Positions 1 through 12,149 of a stretch of 64,000 nt of DNA are shown piece by piece. Each line of letters starts with the position of its first letter. The first letter of the stretch is position 1. Where the stretch lies: assembly GCF_009914755.1 (NCBI RefSeq), contig NC_060926.1. One strand, written 5' to 3'. The stretch is from the human T2T-CHM13v2.0 reference genome, Homo sapiens. The notes under the pieces were generated by a model. The model searched no databases, had not been told where the DNA came from, and saw nothing but the letters and a program-made list of their open reading frames with translations. A program made the position numbers and the translations under genes.

Positions 1-682
1 AAAATAGAATTCTCCCTCTAAGTTGTTTTCCTCTGATGCTGTTTGGCTTGTGAATACCTGTTTATGTGCTTGAATTTCACCCAGTATTATATTTCACAGT
101 AGGAACTTGGGGTGAGAAAAGTATCTTTTGAGCTAACACATAATTAAGGAATATAGTTCTCTAAGAAATAATTTTCCTCCATAATAGAATGGATGCTGTA
201 GTCCTATTCAAATACCTATTCCAATATTTGTTCATAGTTCTTCTGTCATGTAAGCATTTGCAGGTCCATTTTAGTAATAAGACAACTAGTTATAAATCCT
301 CTATCTCTAATCTGAATATTTCTAAAAAACTATAGACTTCAAAGTTCTCAGGGGCAGGGGCACGGATGCTTTTTACTTCTCTATCAGGTTATCCCTTACC
401 TGCCCTACCCCCGCCCCCCGAAAAAAAAACTTCCCTAGATAAGTAAACATTTTTCTCTCTCCTACGTCTATACCTTCTCATATGCTAGCTTTTCTTTCTG
501 GAATGTCTCTCCCTTCCCCATTTGCTGTGGGCTAAAGTTCCTATTCTTTCTCAAGGCCTAACTTAACTTTCACATCCTTTGAGAAGGCTTTCTTCATATT
601 TAGTCAAGCCTCAATTTTTCTTCACCTTGAATTCTTAAGATATTCATTATGTTAACTATTTTTTCTTGAAACTGACTTGAAT

Positions 683-765
683 GGCTGGGCACTGTGGCTC
701 CACCTCTAATCGCAGCATTTTGGGAGGCTGAGGCAAGAGGATTGCCTGGTTCCAAGAGTTTGAGA
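683..765 (+). mobile_element. 3'-truncated (tailless) Alu left monomer / FLAM-type fragment
   Basis: GGCTGGGCACTGTGGCTC...TTTGGGAGGCTGAGGC...GAGTTTGAGA stops just after the B box with no A tail; flanked by direct repeats actgacttgaat (671-682) and actgacttaaat (767-778). Confidence 0.85.
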
Positions 766-1692
766 TACTGACTTAAATGTCACATTGTTTTCCTATTTAA
801 AGGATCTGAATATGCTAGTATTATTTCCTGAGATGGATTATAAACTGAAGGTGGGGACCACTTCTCCTTTTTCTATGACTCCCTACTATTCTTTGAAGAG
901 TTTTAGGTACACTATATTAATATAATTGGATTGAAATTTTGGAAAACTTGAGGAAAGGAAATGCATCTAGGAAAGCAAGGCTGAAGGCTCATTACTTTTC
1001 TTTAAAAACAAGCACATGGAAAGAATACGCTCTTTGAAATCTTTAGAGGAATATGTCTCAGAGCTGCTGCAATTTTTCACAAAAGCATTCTAAGTCTAAT
1101 TTGAACATCTGCTATCACAAGAATTTTACATCCCTTCTGTGGGCTCATGGGAAAGGGCCATGAAGGAGAGGCTATGATGGATGGTCCGGGGAGCCTCACC
1201 CTAGCCTTGGCACAGGGCAAGGCTATGAAACTGCACTTTTCAAGAACCAGCAGGGAACATTTGGAATTTCTCCTGTTAACACAAGGGACACATAATTTGA
1301 TTTTTTATGTTTTGTACTTTTTTTTTTGCCAGAAAAAAGGAGAGTCCTTGGATATTTTTGGAGAGTTTTATCACCTCCAACCATTTGGTTTCAAGGTAAC
1401 AATACATGCTTGTTTCTTCTACCACCCTCATTCATTTTAACTCATCTGGGAGGTCAATGTGGAAGGATTAGGTTTGACTCTGTTTAAAAAGCCCAGTTTA
1501 TAGTTAGCCTAAGCAGGTCATTTTTACCTCATAGAGCCCTACTTAAGCAATGGAATCAATCACTTTCTTCATTAGATGTTTGACATTTATTAAAATAATA
1601 TATTGTGGTATGTATTATAATAGAGCCTACTATCCACTATGAGTGATTTACACCTTTTAAATATGTTTTATATATATATTAGGGCTTTTTTA

Positions 1693-2455
1693 TGTAGTGA
1701 AGAATTAAATTTACACAATGAGAGGCCTGACCTTTGTCCCTGCCCCTGGAAGATAATCTCTAACCCTTGGACTTTCCAGAATGATAGGAGTGTCTTTGCT
1801 ATTCATAGCGGATTCCTCAGACTGCACCTGACCTGATAGTGTATGCCAGTGAGATGACTCGGGGGGAGGCTGTCCATGCTAGAAATGCCAAGCATGTGAT
1901 TAGAGGGTTTGGGCTTTCAGCCACGTGATATCAGCCTTACCTTTTGGGAGGAGAGGGAGGCTGGAGATTGAGTTCATTCGGGAGGGCGCTGATTTAATCA
2001 ATCGTGCTTGTATAATGAAACAAACAAACAAACAAAAAACCCAAATACTCTGGACACTGAAGCTTGGGTGCACTTCCCTGCTTGGGAATACTCTGGGTGA
2101 GTTGTCACACATCAATGCTAGGAGGGTAACAAGTCCCTGAGGATAGTGGAAACTTTGTGTTTGGAAATCTCCCAGATCTTACTCTGTGCTTCACTCTTTC
2201 TTTGGCTGGCTCTAATTTGTATCCTTTTGCTATAATAAAACTGTGATCCAAAGTGTGATATTTTCCTGAATTCTGTGAGCCATTCTAGGAAATTTTTGAA
2301 CCTAAGGGTGATTGTGGGAATCCCCAATTTTTTAACCAGCTAGTCTGAAGTGTGGGTGGCCCTGGGGACCTCTGAACTTGCAACCGATGTCTGAAGTGAG
2401 AGCAGTCTTGTGGGGACTGTATCCAAAGACTGCCTTTTCTCTAACTCACTGTAGT
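1693..2455. mobile_element. MER21-family LTR (MER21C-like)
   Basis: Begins TGTAGTGAAGAATT...GAGAGGCCTGACCTTTG...GATAATCTCTAACCCTTGG, matching recalled MER21C; right end approximate. Confidence 0.65.
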
Positions 2456-3160
2456 AGTCTATCAAGAAACAGGAAATAGAAAGAAGAAGAAGACAAAAAA
2501 TATTTATGTTAAACCATGAAACCCAGATAACTAAAGGTAATTTTTTAACCCTATTTCTCCTACAACAAAGCTGGGAAAAGACTGGAGGTTTTTGTTTGTT
2601 TGTTTGTTTTTGTTTTTTCTTTTTTTGTCTGTGTTTCCTCTGTTGAACTTAACGCATAAAACTTTTGAGAAAGCCCCCTTATTTTTCTAGGCAGGGGACA
2701 TAGCCCACAACCTCTAGGTATTTAGGATCAAAAATGTTGGAATCCTGAATGGCTGAAGGTGGTGGTGATGGTGAAATAATTCCAAATCTCTTCTCAAGGT
2801 GGAGCTATTTGGGCATCTCTATTTTTTGCAAATGGAGATGCAATGGGAATCACAGGATCCACCTCGTTAATAAGGTAACTGTAAATAGCCAAGAAGACAG
2901 GGAAAGCTACTATTTAAAAGCTAAGTACAGTGGTGAGGGATGGGGTGGGCCAAAATGCTTCCCTAGGGTTCTCTGTTTTGTCTTCTAACCTCTCAGCCCT
3001 TGGAGGACCTCTTTCCTTATTTTTCTTCTTCTCATCTTTGCCTTCTCCAACATTGGCCTTTTGCTATTTGCTCTCTCTTCCCTTCCTATCACCTATGCAT
3101 TCTGATCATTTGTTGATGCTCTATAATGATCCACCCATTGACAGGGATATTTGCATTTTC

Positions 3161-3477
3161 TTTTTCTTTTCTTTTTTTTTTTGAGACGGAGTCCCACTCT
3201 GTTGCCCAGCCTGGAGTGCAGTGGCGTGATCTCGGCTCACTGCAACCTCCGACTCCTGGTTTCAAATGATTCTCTTGCCTCAGCCTCTTGAGTAGCTGGG
3301 GTTACAGAGACCCACCACCACGGCTGGTTTTTGTTTTTTTTTTTTTTTTGTATTTTTAGTAGAGACAAGTTTTCGCCATGTTGGCCAGGCCAGTCTTGAA
3401 CTCCTGATCTCAGGTGATCTGCCCGCCTCGGCCTCCCAAAGTGCTGGGATTACAGGTGTGAGCCACTACACCCAGCC
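3161..3477 (-). mobile_element. AluS (Sx/Sz-like), full length
   Basis: Antisense Alu dimer with T tail; perfect 15-bp TSD gatatttgcattttc at 3146-3160 and 3478-3492. Confidence 0.97.
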
Positions 3478-6400
3478 GATATTTGCATTTTCACAAGGAC
3501 AAAAGTCTTAAACCTAAAGATCAAGCATAGAAGGTGAAATTTCCAATCTCATTTGCTGTGAAACTGTAGATTCAGTGGTCTGAGAACAGCTCTGTGGAAG
3601 TCTCCTGCCCAGGCTGACTTCCACACCTCACTCATCCTAATGCTGTGTTTCAGTGAGGACCTCAGGCTACAGAGGGGCTGTTATTCTTCCTTGAGCTGGC
3701 CTGGAAAAGAAAAATTAATGTTGGTAATACTTTAGAGAGAAGAATATAGGAAATTTGTAAGTGATTCATGAATCATGTTGGCTCTCAGCAGCAGCATTTT
3801 GAGGTGATTCTGGAGAGCGTGGCCTTGAGTAAGCCCTTCAGAGAAGGTGGCTTGAGGCCACAGCTAAATAAATCGAAATTGAGTGAAATCAAGCTAAAAA
3901 CAGTGGAAGCCAGCCTTAGAGGCAGCAGTCCTCCTGTGTAAATACACAGAAAGGCCTGTGTCTTTTCCACAAACAACTGTGGAATCTTGGACAAATCACT
4001 GTTCCTTTCTAGACCTGGTTTTCTTTGGCAAGTCAGATGTTCTTTAAAGACCCTGTAAGCTCTAACAGTGTCATGATTTTTAGTCCAGGGATGAGCTTAG
4101 GAACAAGAGAGAGAACCATCATAGAATAAAAAATTTACATGAGGTAGGCTACTTTGGAAGCCCAAATATAGTGTTTGTGCCCTGAACATTTTATGTACAT
4201 ACTCTTTGCTTTGGGACAAAAGGAGAAGAGCTATCCATGGATCTGAAATCCAGTGCTTTTTGATGGTGGGGCCAGTGGAGAAAGTAGAAAGTGGGAGTGA
4301 ATGCAATTGGTGAGGAGAAATGGACAATATGAGCCATTCTTCAGCTTTCCTCCTCATTCTATTGCTGCTGCATAGAGAACCTCACCTGTAAAGAGAAGAA
4401 TATCTGGAATATTTGTCCTTTATTATTTTATGAATGTTTATTATGACAGCACGTTCTAACCAATAAGTTTATGTCCAGGGATGGTCCTCTGAACTGTGAA
4501 CAAGGTAGTCTTTATCCATCTTTAAAATTCTCTTATCTCTTCTTGTGATCTCTTTCATCATGCATTCTCAGTGCCACCTTGGAAGGAAATGATACCTTCC
4601 TAGTTAATGGCAGCAAACTCTAGCTCTTCTGAAGTTGGCCCTATATGGAGGAGAATCTCCTGTGGGGTAGGGCTTCGGGGATTGGACTGCTCATAGATTT
4701 ATCTTGTTTTTGCGGTTTGTTTCTTGGATGAGACCAACACAAGTGGCCTCACGAGTACACTGATCCAAGTGAGATACAAGTTTCCTTTCCCTTGATTCTC
4801 AGTAGTCCAGCTGAACTAAGACTAGACTTTCTCATGAGTAGGACAGGTAGACCTAAGCCCACAAGCAGGATAGTAGTGTGGTGTTCTTCCAACTGATATG
4901 TCTTTGCAAGTGATGTATTTGGGGAGCAGAGAGAAATACTCATGATAGTAGCACTTAGCCTTTCCTTGATGATCCCTGAGTAATTTAACCACTAACCCAC
5001 ATCTTCATACCCAATTCAGAAAATCAAAAGTCCAGTGATTAACCAGTTTTACCATTTTTGGAAGACCTGACCCTCAGGGTCTCTCTCAATCTTTCCCTCC
5101 CAAATTATTTTCAATCAGTACGCTTTTTCTTTTAGAGGAGCTTCAGTAAATACAATTTACTCCTTGCTGAATTTCTGGCAGTGTTGTAGCCCCTTCAAGA
5201 GGGACATTTCAGGCAGTTGCTCAACTGATTTGGTCTCTCACAAGCTGAGGGTCAAGTAACTACCATACAAAGAACACTATGAAATTTTCTTTATAAATAG
5301 ATCTTTTTTGAGTGCAGACAGTTCCTACCGTATTCTTCAGGTATCTTTGGGAAGAGACCCAGCCTGGTCTCTCTTTATGGGGAGGACATTATCTTTGTAC
5401 ATACCACCTATGGATATCCACCCAGACATCTAGACTCTGATGTCTAGATCTTTCATTTCTGGTTTCTTCTCGTACATTAGCGTATACCTTTATTACTGAA
5501 CACTAACAATGACCCTTCATGAGGCCGTATCTAGTTACAGGGGAGGCCTTCATAGAAAAATCAGTCTTCATGGAGTAACCATAACAGAATATAATGTATT
5601 ATAACCCCAATAGTCGTGACACATTTACAGTAATAAGGAACATTTTTCTACTCATCCCACTCCCAATGACTGCCTCGAGCAGTCAAGATGCCTTCACTGC
5701 TGCTGTTCAAAACCTCTTTATTCCTCTTCCTCCATTTATAGCAGAACCCACTCTTTTTTTCAATAAGCTGACTCTTAGAAAAGAACTGATAAGCTAAATT
5801 CCAAGAAGGTGCTCCTGGCTAAAAGTAGCATAATAGATAATTTAACTTTGGAGTAACAGTGCTTTAAACCCAAATGAGCCAGGCTCTAAAAATGAAGTTT
5901 AGTGATTGTTACAGGCCACTAGGAAGATATTTTGTGTCTGAGAGACTTCCCTGGTTCAACTTAAATCACACACAATTAGTAGAAGCTTATTCCAATTATG
6001 CCTGCATGATGCCTGCCTTGTGGCTGGTTGCTTGGGCTATTCTTTAATAGAGTGAGGGAGATTTGGAAGAAGTAGGTTCCTACTAGGAAGTCTCTCATTC
6101 CACCATTATTGAGCTGCTTACAGTGCTGTGTGTGTGGTGGTGTGTGTTGGGAGGTGGTAGGTGGTGGTTCACTGCAGAGTGCTGGAAGGTATTACAAACC
6201 TTAGGGTAAACATGGCAACCCTTTTTGGAGCATAAATCTCTTCTTGAATATGTGGGGAAAATAAGTGCAGTGAGATTATTTATTGAAACCTTAATTTGTA
6301 TTTTGGTTGAGGGCGTGGAAGCATCAGAAAGAATGAGAACAATTTTTTTTAAAAATTTTCCTGAATTCTGAGAAGGCCATTGTGTTCTTGTTGCAGTAGC

Positions 6401-7020
6401 AGCTTGAAGATAATTATCTTTCAGGCTTTCTCAAAACTCTAAACTCTTTGAAATTGTGTAAGGGCATGTGTATGTATATGCAGGGATGGAGAGATGTGAA
6501 GAAAAGAGTTGGAACTGACAGAGAAAGGAGATTCTGAGAAGCCTGGGAAGGGATGCAGGGCTATGAGGGGCCCGGATGCCCCTATCCCTGATTGGCAACT
6601 GAGAACTGCAGAGGGTAGGCTGGCCTTGAGTGCTGGGCTCTAGCCTCAGCAAAAGTCCCAGTGGTAGAGCAGAGGCTTGGCAGGGAATGTGTGGAGCTTC
6701 TTCACCCGCTAACTCCAAGGGCCATGCACAGCTGGGCAATGAGCCTAGTAGTGGTAACCAGTACAAACCAAGGACTGAAGGCCCTTCCTCAAATACCCTG
6801 TCCGAAATACCCTGAGACTTTGATAGTACTCTGGGAGATATAGATGTGCATATAGAGTTACAGGATTGAATAAGATAATTTCTTGCCAATCTGGCATAGA
6901 GAGGAGGGGGCCTACATTAGATTTAGTTTTGCAGAAAAAAAATCTAATGTTTGTGGAAAACTTGGTGTATTGGTTATTTATTGCTGTGTACCCCAAAATT
7001 TGGTGTCTTAAAATACCAAA

Positions 7021-7307
<287 letters not shown>

Positions 7308-7550
7308 CTGAATGTTTAGTTAGATGTCGCTGGCTCATGGTTTCTCATAAGATTGCAATCAATGTGTCAGCTGGGACTGAAGTCATCTCAAAGTTTGACT
7401 GGGGGAAGATCTGTTTCCAAGCTCAGTCATGTATCAGGCCTCAAGTCTTCTCTGGATATTGACTGGAGACCTCATTTCCTTGCTCTGTGGACCTCTCCAC
7501 AGAGCTATTACTCACAACATAGCAACTTGATTACCTTAGAGAAAAGGCTG

Positions 7551-7566
7551 AGAGAGGGAGAGAGAC

Positions 7567-7603
<37 letters not shown>

Positions 7604-7675
7604 GACAGAGGGAGAAGAGAGGGGGATAGACTGGGGAAAAGAAAAGGCAAGGTGTGGGGAGAGAGAAAGAGAGAC
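7551..7675 (+). repeat. (AGAC)n / GA-rich microsatellite
   Basis: agacagacagac... run followed by a purine-rich tract. Confidence 0.9.
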
Positions 7676-10079
7676 TAATACAGAGGCATAGTCTTTTTGT
7701 AACCTAATCTCGAAAATGGCATTCCATGGCTCTGCCACAGTCTATTAATTAGAAGTAAGTTGGTAGGTACAGGTCATATACAAAGACAGGAAATTGTACA
7801 AGGGCATGAATACCAGTCTGTAAGGTGAATACCACCATACAGACTGCCCACTACACCTGAGTTTGAGAGGGCAATTTTGTTTCCTCTATTCATAAGCAAA
7901 CATAATTATGTTATGGCATAGAATATGAGATTCTGGGGTTGTTAATTCATGGACTCCTAGTACGAAGCATTTTGGAAGCTTTGTATTCATATGGTTCCTA
8001 TGCTTAAGGAATTGGCCCAAGTAGGGCTTCCACTCAAAGGACACTGGTTGCTATTTGGGGGCTGTGAAAAGACTGTAGGTAAGTGAGAAGGAAAAGAAAA
8101 CATGTTTTGCAAAATACTTTGTTTTGCTGAATACAATGCAAGAGAAAAAGGAGGAATAAGGCACGGCCTTGCTCTCAGATGTGACATGGGTAAGTTGGAA
8201 TCTAGAAGACAGAATAGAAAATAGTGCTGGATTGAATTTAAGCCAATGATCACAATAAATGTTCATACCAAATAGTGATAGATGGGTGAGGCAGGGAGAA
8301 TGTCAGAGGGCCCCACCTAGTATTAAGAAAAGATTTTGAAGAAAAGGTGAAATGTGACCTGCATTGGAAATTTGGGGATGGAGGTGGGGGCAAACAATGT
8401 GGGCAGAGGTTTAGAAAGAGGAAGAATGATGTCTTTGGAAACTGACTTAGTTGGAGGGCAGGTTTATATGGAGTCTGGGTCCTGGATTTTTCATCATTGT
8501 TTGTTCCTCATCTTCAGTGTGTGTTTTTGGGGCATCTCCTGCCTGCATAGCTCTGTCCTTGGTGGTGGTGGAGAGCCTGAGAGCCCAGGATGACTCTGGA
8601 GAACATGGCCCTTCTTTAGGGAGCTTCCTGGTGGGCTCAAGATTTCTTAATGCCATATCTGATGTCACATTGCTCACCGCTGTGATTCCAGGATGGAAAA
8701 CTGAATAAGAAGCATTTTTTCTTTCTCTGGAAGGGATAGCCTTTGGGGGCAGAGGGGAAATTAGCTAGAAAAAAACCAAATAGGCTTCTCTGAAAAAACA
8801 AGGTTTAATCAAGGATCTTGAGAAAATAACCAGCTGTTTTATGAGCAATTTGACTATTCTTTTGAAAAGAGTTAATGTACCACAAGGAACACAATTATTT
8901 TTAGAGCCCTAAGGAAGCAGGGATTTGTTTGAAGCTCCAGATTAAAGGTGGATCCAAGGTTCTATGAGGTGACGGGCAAAGAGACCAAAGAAAAAGTTTT
9001 CTGAACTTTGAATTTGTGTAACTTGTAAGGAAGAGGGGCTGTTTTATTTTTTTCCATTTTATTTCCTAGATCGCTTGTCAGAGCTTAGATGTCGCACTTT
9101 GGGGATTTAATGAGTTGACATTTTCACAGGCTAACCTGGTAATTAATTTCTGCTCATCATGGGGCCAGTGTCAGCTCATTCTTCCTTTCTGATCCAGAGC
9201 CAGGAGTGTGAGGTCTGAGTCCTGTTTGTCTGACTTTCTCAGGAGCTGGCACTGGGCAGCAATGGGTGCCCATAGGCTGGACCCCTTTTGGGGTCAAGGC
9301 AGTGGTTGGTTGAGAGATGAGTCTTGCAGAACAAGATGGGCCCCAGAAAATTTAGGGAGTTGAAATCTTATGTCTCTGTTCACACAAACAAACACAGTTA
9401 CTTTGTCTTTTCCTCTCCTTACAGTAAAGAGTTGGTTAAGTCATGGAATCATTTTAAAAAGAATCCAGTAAATATACATTAATATTTATCTACATACTAT
9501 TTGCTTAATCACTCACTTACTTACTTAAAATATTTAGTTTAATTTTAATCTGAGTTTTTAGGGGAACTCCTGTCAGTTGATGTTGAGCCAAGACTGCTCT
9601 CTAAGGATGTATTGCTAATCGTAATTTTGTGTTGTCTTTCTTGTATAAACATCTCCCCTAAATGCATCATCTCTGATTTCTAATTTTAGGGTTTTAAAAC
9701 ATGGAGTGAAAGTTATACACACTTGCAAGGTAAAATCTTAATATTTTATAATTATAGTTGTCTCATTCACATCTGACTCACTGATAACTTTTATTAGCAT
9801 GGTGTGATGGATATTTTTCAATGTATTCTGCTTAATTTTTAAAATAGAAACATTCTTCCTTTTCACACTCATTTTATTAATATACACAATATTTTATTGA
9901 ATTAGATATTTACATCAACACATGAAACTGACAAAACACATTTGGGAACAATTTACTCTTGGAAAGAATATAACTAAATTGGTGGGATGCAAGGATATAT
10001 TATTATTTATTACTTGTTAGCTTTGAGCTCAGAGTGCTGTATGTTTTAAAGGGAATGAAGGATATCAGCTCATCTAGAA

Positions 10080-10305
10080 TAGGGGTTAGCAAACTTTTTC
10101 CATAAAGGACCACGTAGTACATGTTTTAGGCTTTGCAAGACTCTACAGTTTCTATGGCCAACTACTCAACTCTTCCATCATAGCACAAAAGCAGCCCTAG
10201 ACAATGTGTAAATGAATGAGTGTAGTTATATCCCAATAAAACTTTGTTTCCAAAAACAGGCAGCAGATGGGATTTGGCCTGAGGGCCATAGTTTGCCAAC
10301 TCCTG
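10080..10305. mobile_element. MER58A (hAT-Charlie MITE), complete
   Basis: TIRs TAGGGGTTAGCAAACT / AGTTTGCCAACTCCTG; 8-bp TSD atctagaa/atctagag; interior matches recalled MER58A. Confidence 0.92.
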
Positions 10306-10464
10306 ATCTAGAGTACTAGTTAAGCTGAAGTAGATTAAGAGAGTTGCTATTCCTCTTGATTCACTCTACCAAATGTTTGTTAAATGTAAATTGCATGCTT
10401 ACCTGTTCATATCTGTGATAGACAGGGTAATAATGTGGCTTATTCTTCCTAGCTATAATGTGAT

Positions 10465-10810
10465 GCATGCCTTTGTGTTCATTCTTCTGTGGCTTGATGT
10501 CCTTTCCATGCCCTTTTCATCTCCTGGCACATTTCTGCCTATCTTTCAAAACAGCTCAAAAATTACCTCCTCAGGGAAGCCTCCCCTGTCTGCTGGGCCA
10601 ACTTCAATGGCCCTTCTCTGGGTTGTTGCAATTGTCATCCCCTGCAATCCTCCAACCTAGTGCTTGTCATGCCGTATTGTAAAAAATGGGCTTTGTGTCT
10701 CTCTCCTTCAAACCTGTGACCTTTTTGAAGGCATGAACTGAGACTCAGTCATGTCCATATACCTTTGTACATAGCAAGCATTCAATAAATGTTTGTTGAA
10801 TAAATGACAG
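10465..10810 (+). mobile_element. L2 3' end
   Basis: CCTCCTCAGGGAAGCCTCCCCTG and terminal CATTCAATAAATGTTTGTTGAATAAATGA. Confidence 0.8.
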
Positions 10811-11089
10811 AATCAATGTGGCAAAGCATGACATAAACAGACTATATGAATAGCCATTGCTATTATTTGTGTGTATGTATTTTGACTTTGTAACTTTTTT
10901 CTTTTATTTATTCACTAAGAAGATGGAGGGAGTGTGGCAGCAGATCTTGACAAGTTTTCCCATAAAAACAAATTTACTTATTTGTTATTTATATACATTT
11001 TAAAATTTATAGACATTAAAACATAAAAGTAATATGTGTATATAGCTTTAAGGTCAAATTGTGCTACAAGATTTGTGAGGCAGGCACTT

Positions 11090-12120
11090 GTTTGGCTATT
11101 TGCAGCCATTCTCAACCCCTGTCTCTGTTGCTTGCTTTCTACTGCAGAGGATGAAAGTCCAGATTCTCCCATCACCAGCCTCTCTCATAGGCAGAGGTGG
11201 CCATGTGACCCAGTTTCGGCTAACGAGATGTAAGGTGGACTCTACTCAGGGTCTTCCAGGAAAGATATTTTCCTTTCTAATTGTGGTGAAGACTGCCAGG
11301 TATCTGTTATTTTGTTCTTCCCTTTTTTTTTTTTTTTTTAGAACTTTTAAGTTTTAGCTGTGCATATGGCTACTAGGAATAAATACTGCATTTTCCAGTG
11401 TCTTTTCTAGCTAGTTGTGGCTTTGTGACTAAATCCTGGCCAGTAGGATATAAGCAAAAGTGTTTTGTGGCAGCTTTCAGGAAATTTCGTCAAAAGAAAG
11501 CTCTCATGTGTCCTTTTTATTCCTCATTCCTCCATCCTGCTGGCTGTAATGTTGACATGATGGCTGGAGCTGCTGTAACCTTCTGGAACTATGAAGTCAC
11601 CTTGAGAAAGGAAGCTGTGACTAGTAGAATGACAAGAGAGATGGAGGCTTGTTTTCTGAAGGGATCACAGAGTAAGTAAACCTCATACCAATCCTGGACA
11701 ACCTACCTCCTCTAGAGTGGCGAGAACAAGATTTTGCCTTGCTCTAGACATTCTAATTTTGGGTCCCTATCACTCATTATCAAAACTAATCCTAACTGAT
11801 TCACTAATGAGAGGGAAGAGTTACATGAAGACAACTTTCTTGCTCAGTCACGGGCAATCTGTCTCCCATGATCTGCCTGTGAACACAATGTTTGCATCTG
11901 TGGCAGCCACCTTGCAGCCCTGAGTGAACAAGGTTGAAAAGCAACACACTGAGGATGGTGGAGCAGAAAGCTGGAAAGCAATGAGTCCTCAGTGATGTCA
12001 CTGAGCTTCCAAGCCCATCTATTTCTGTACATTTTTTGAAAAAGTAAACAACAAGTATCCTCACATAGTAAGCCACCGTTAGTCCAGTTCCCTGCTACTG
12101 GTATCTTAATTAACTTGGTT
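11090..12120 (+). mobile_element. Old ERVL LTR cluster (LTR16/LTR33-like, apparently nested)
   Basis: GGTGGCCATGTGACCCAGTTTCGGCTAAC and GTGACTAAATCCTGGCCAGTAGGATATAAGC motifs typical of LTR16/LTR33. Confidence 0.6.
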
Positions 12121-12149
12121 TACACAAATCAGTAGTTCCTTGTCTCATG

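Noticed and set aside
4540-5700. Endogenous bornavirus-like element
   Set aside because: Only 4-6 residue coincidences, not colinear with the recalled viral proteins
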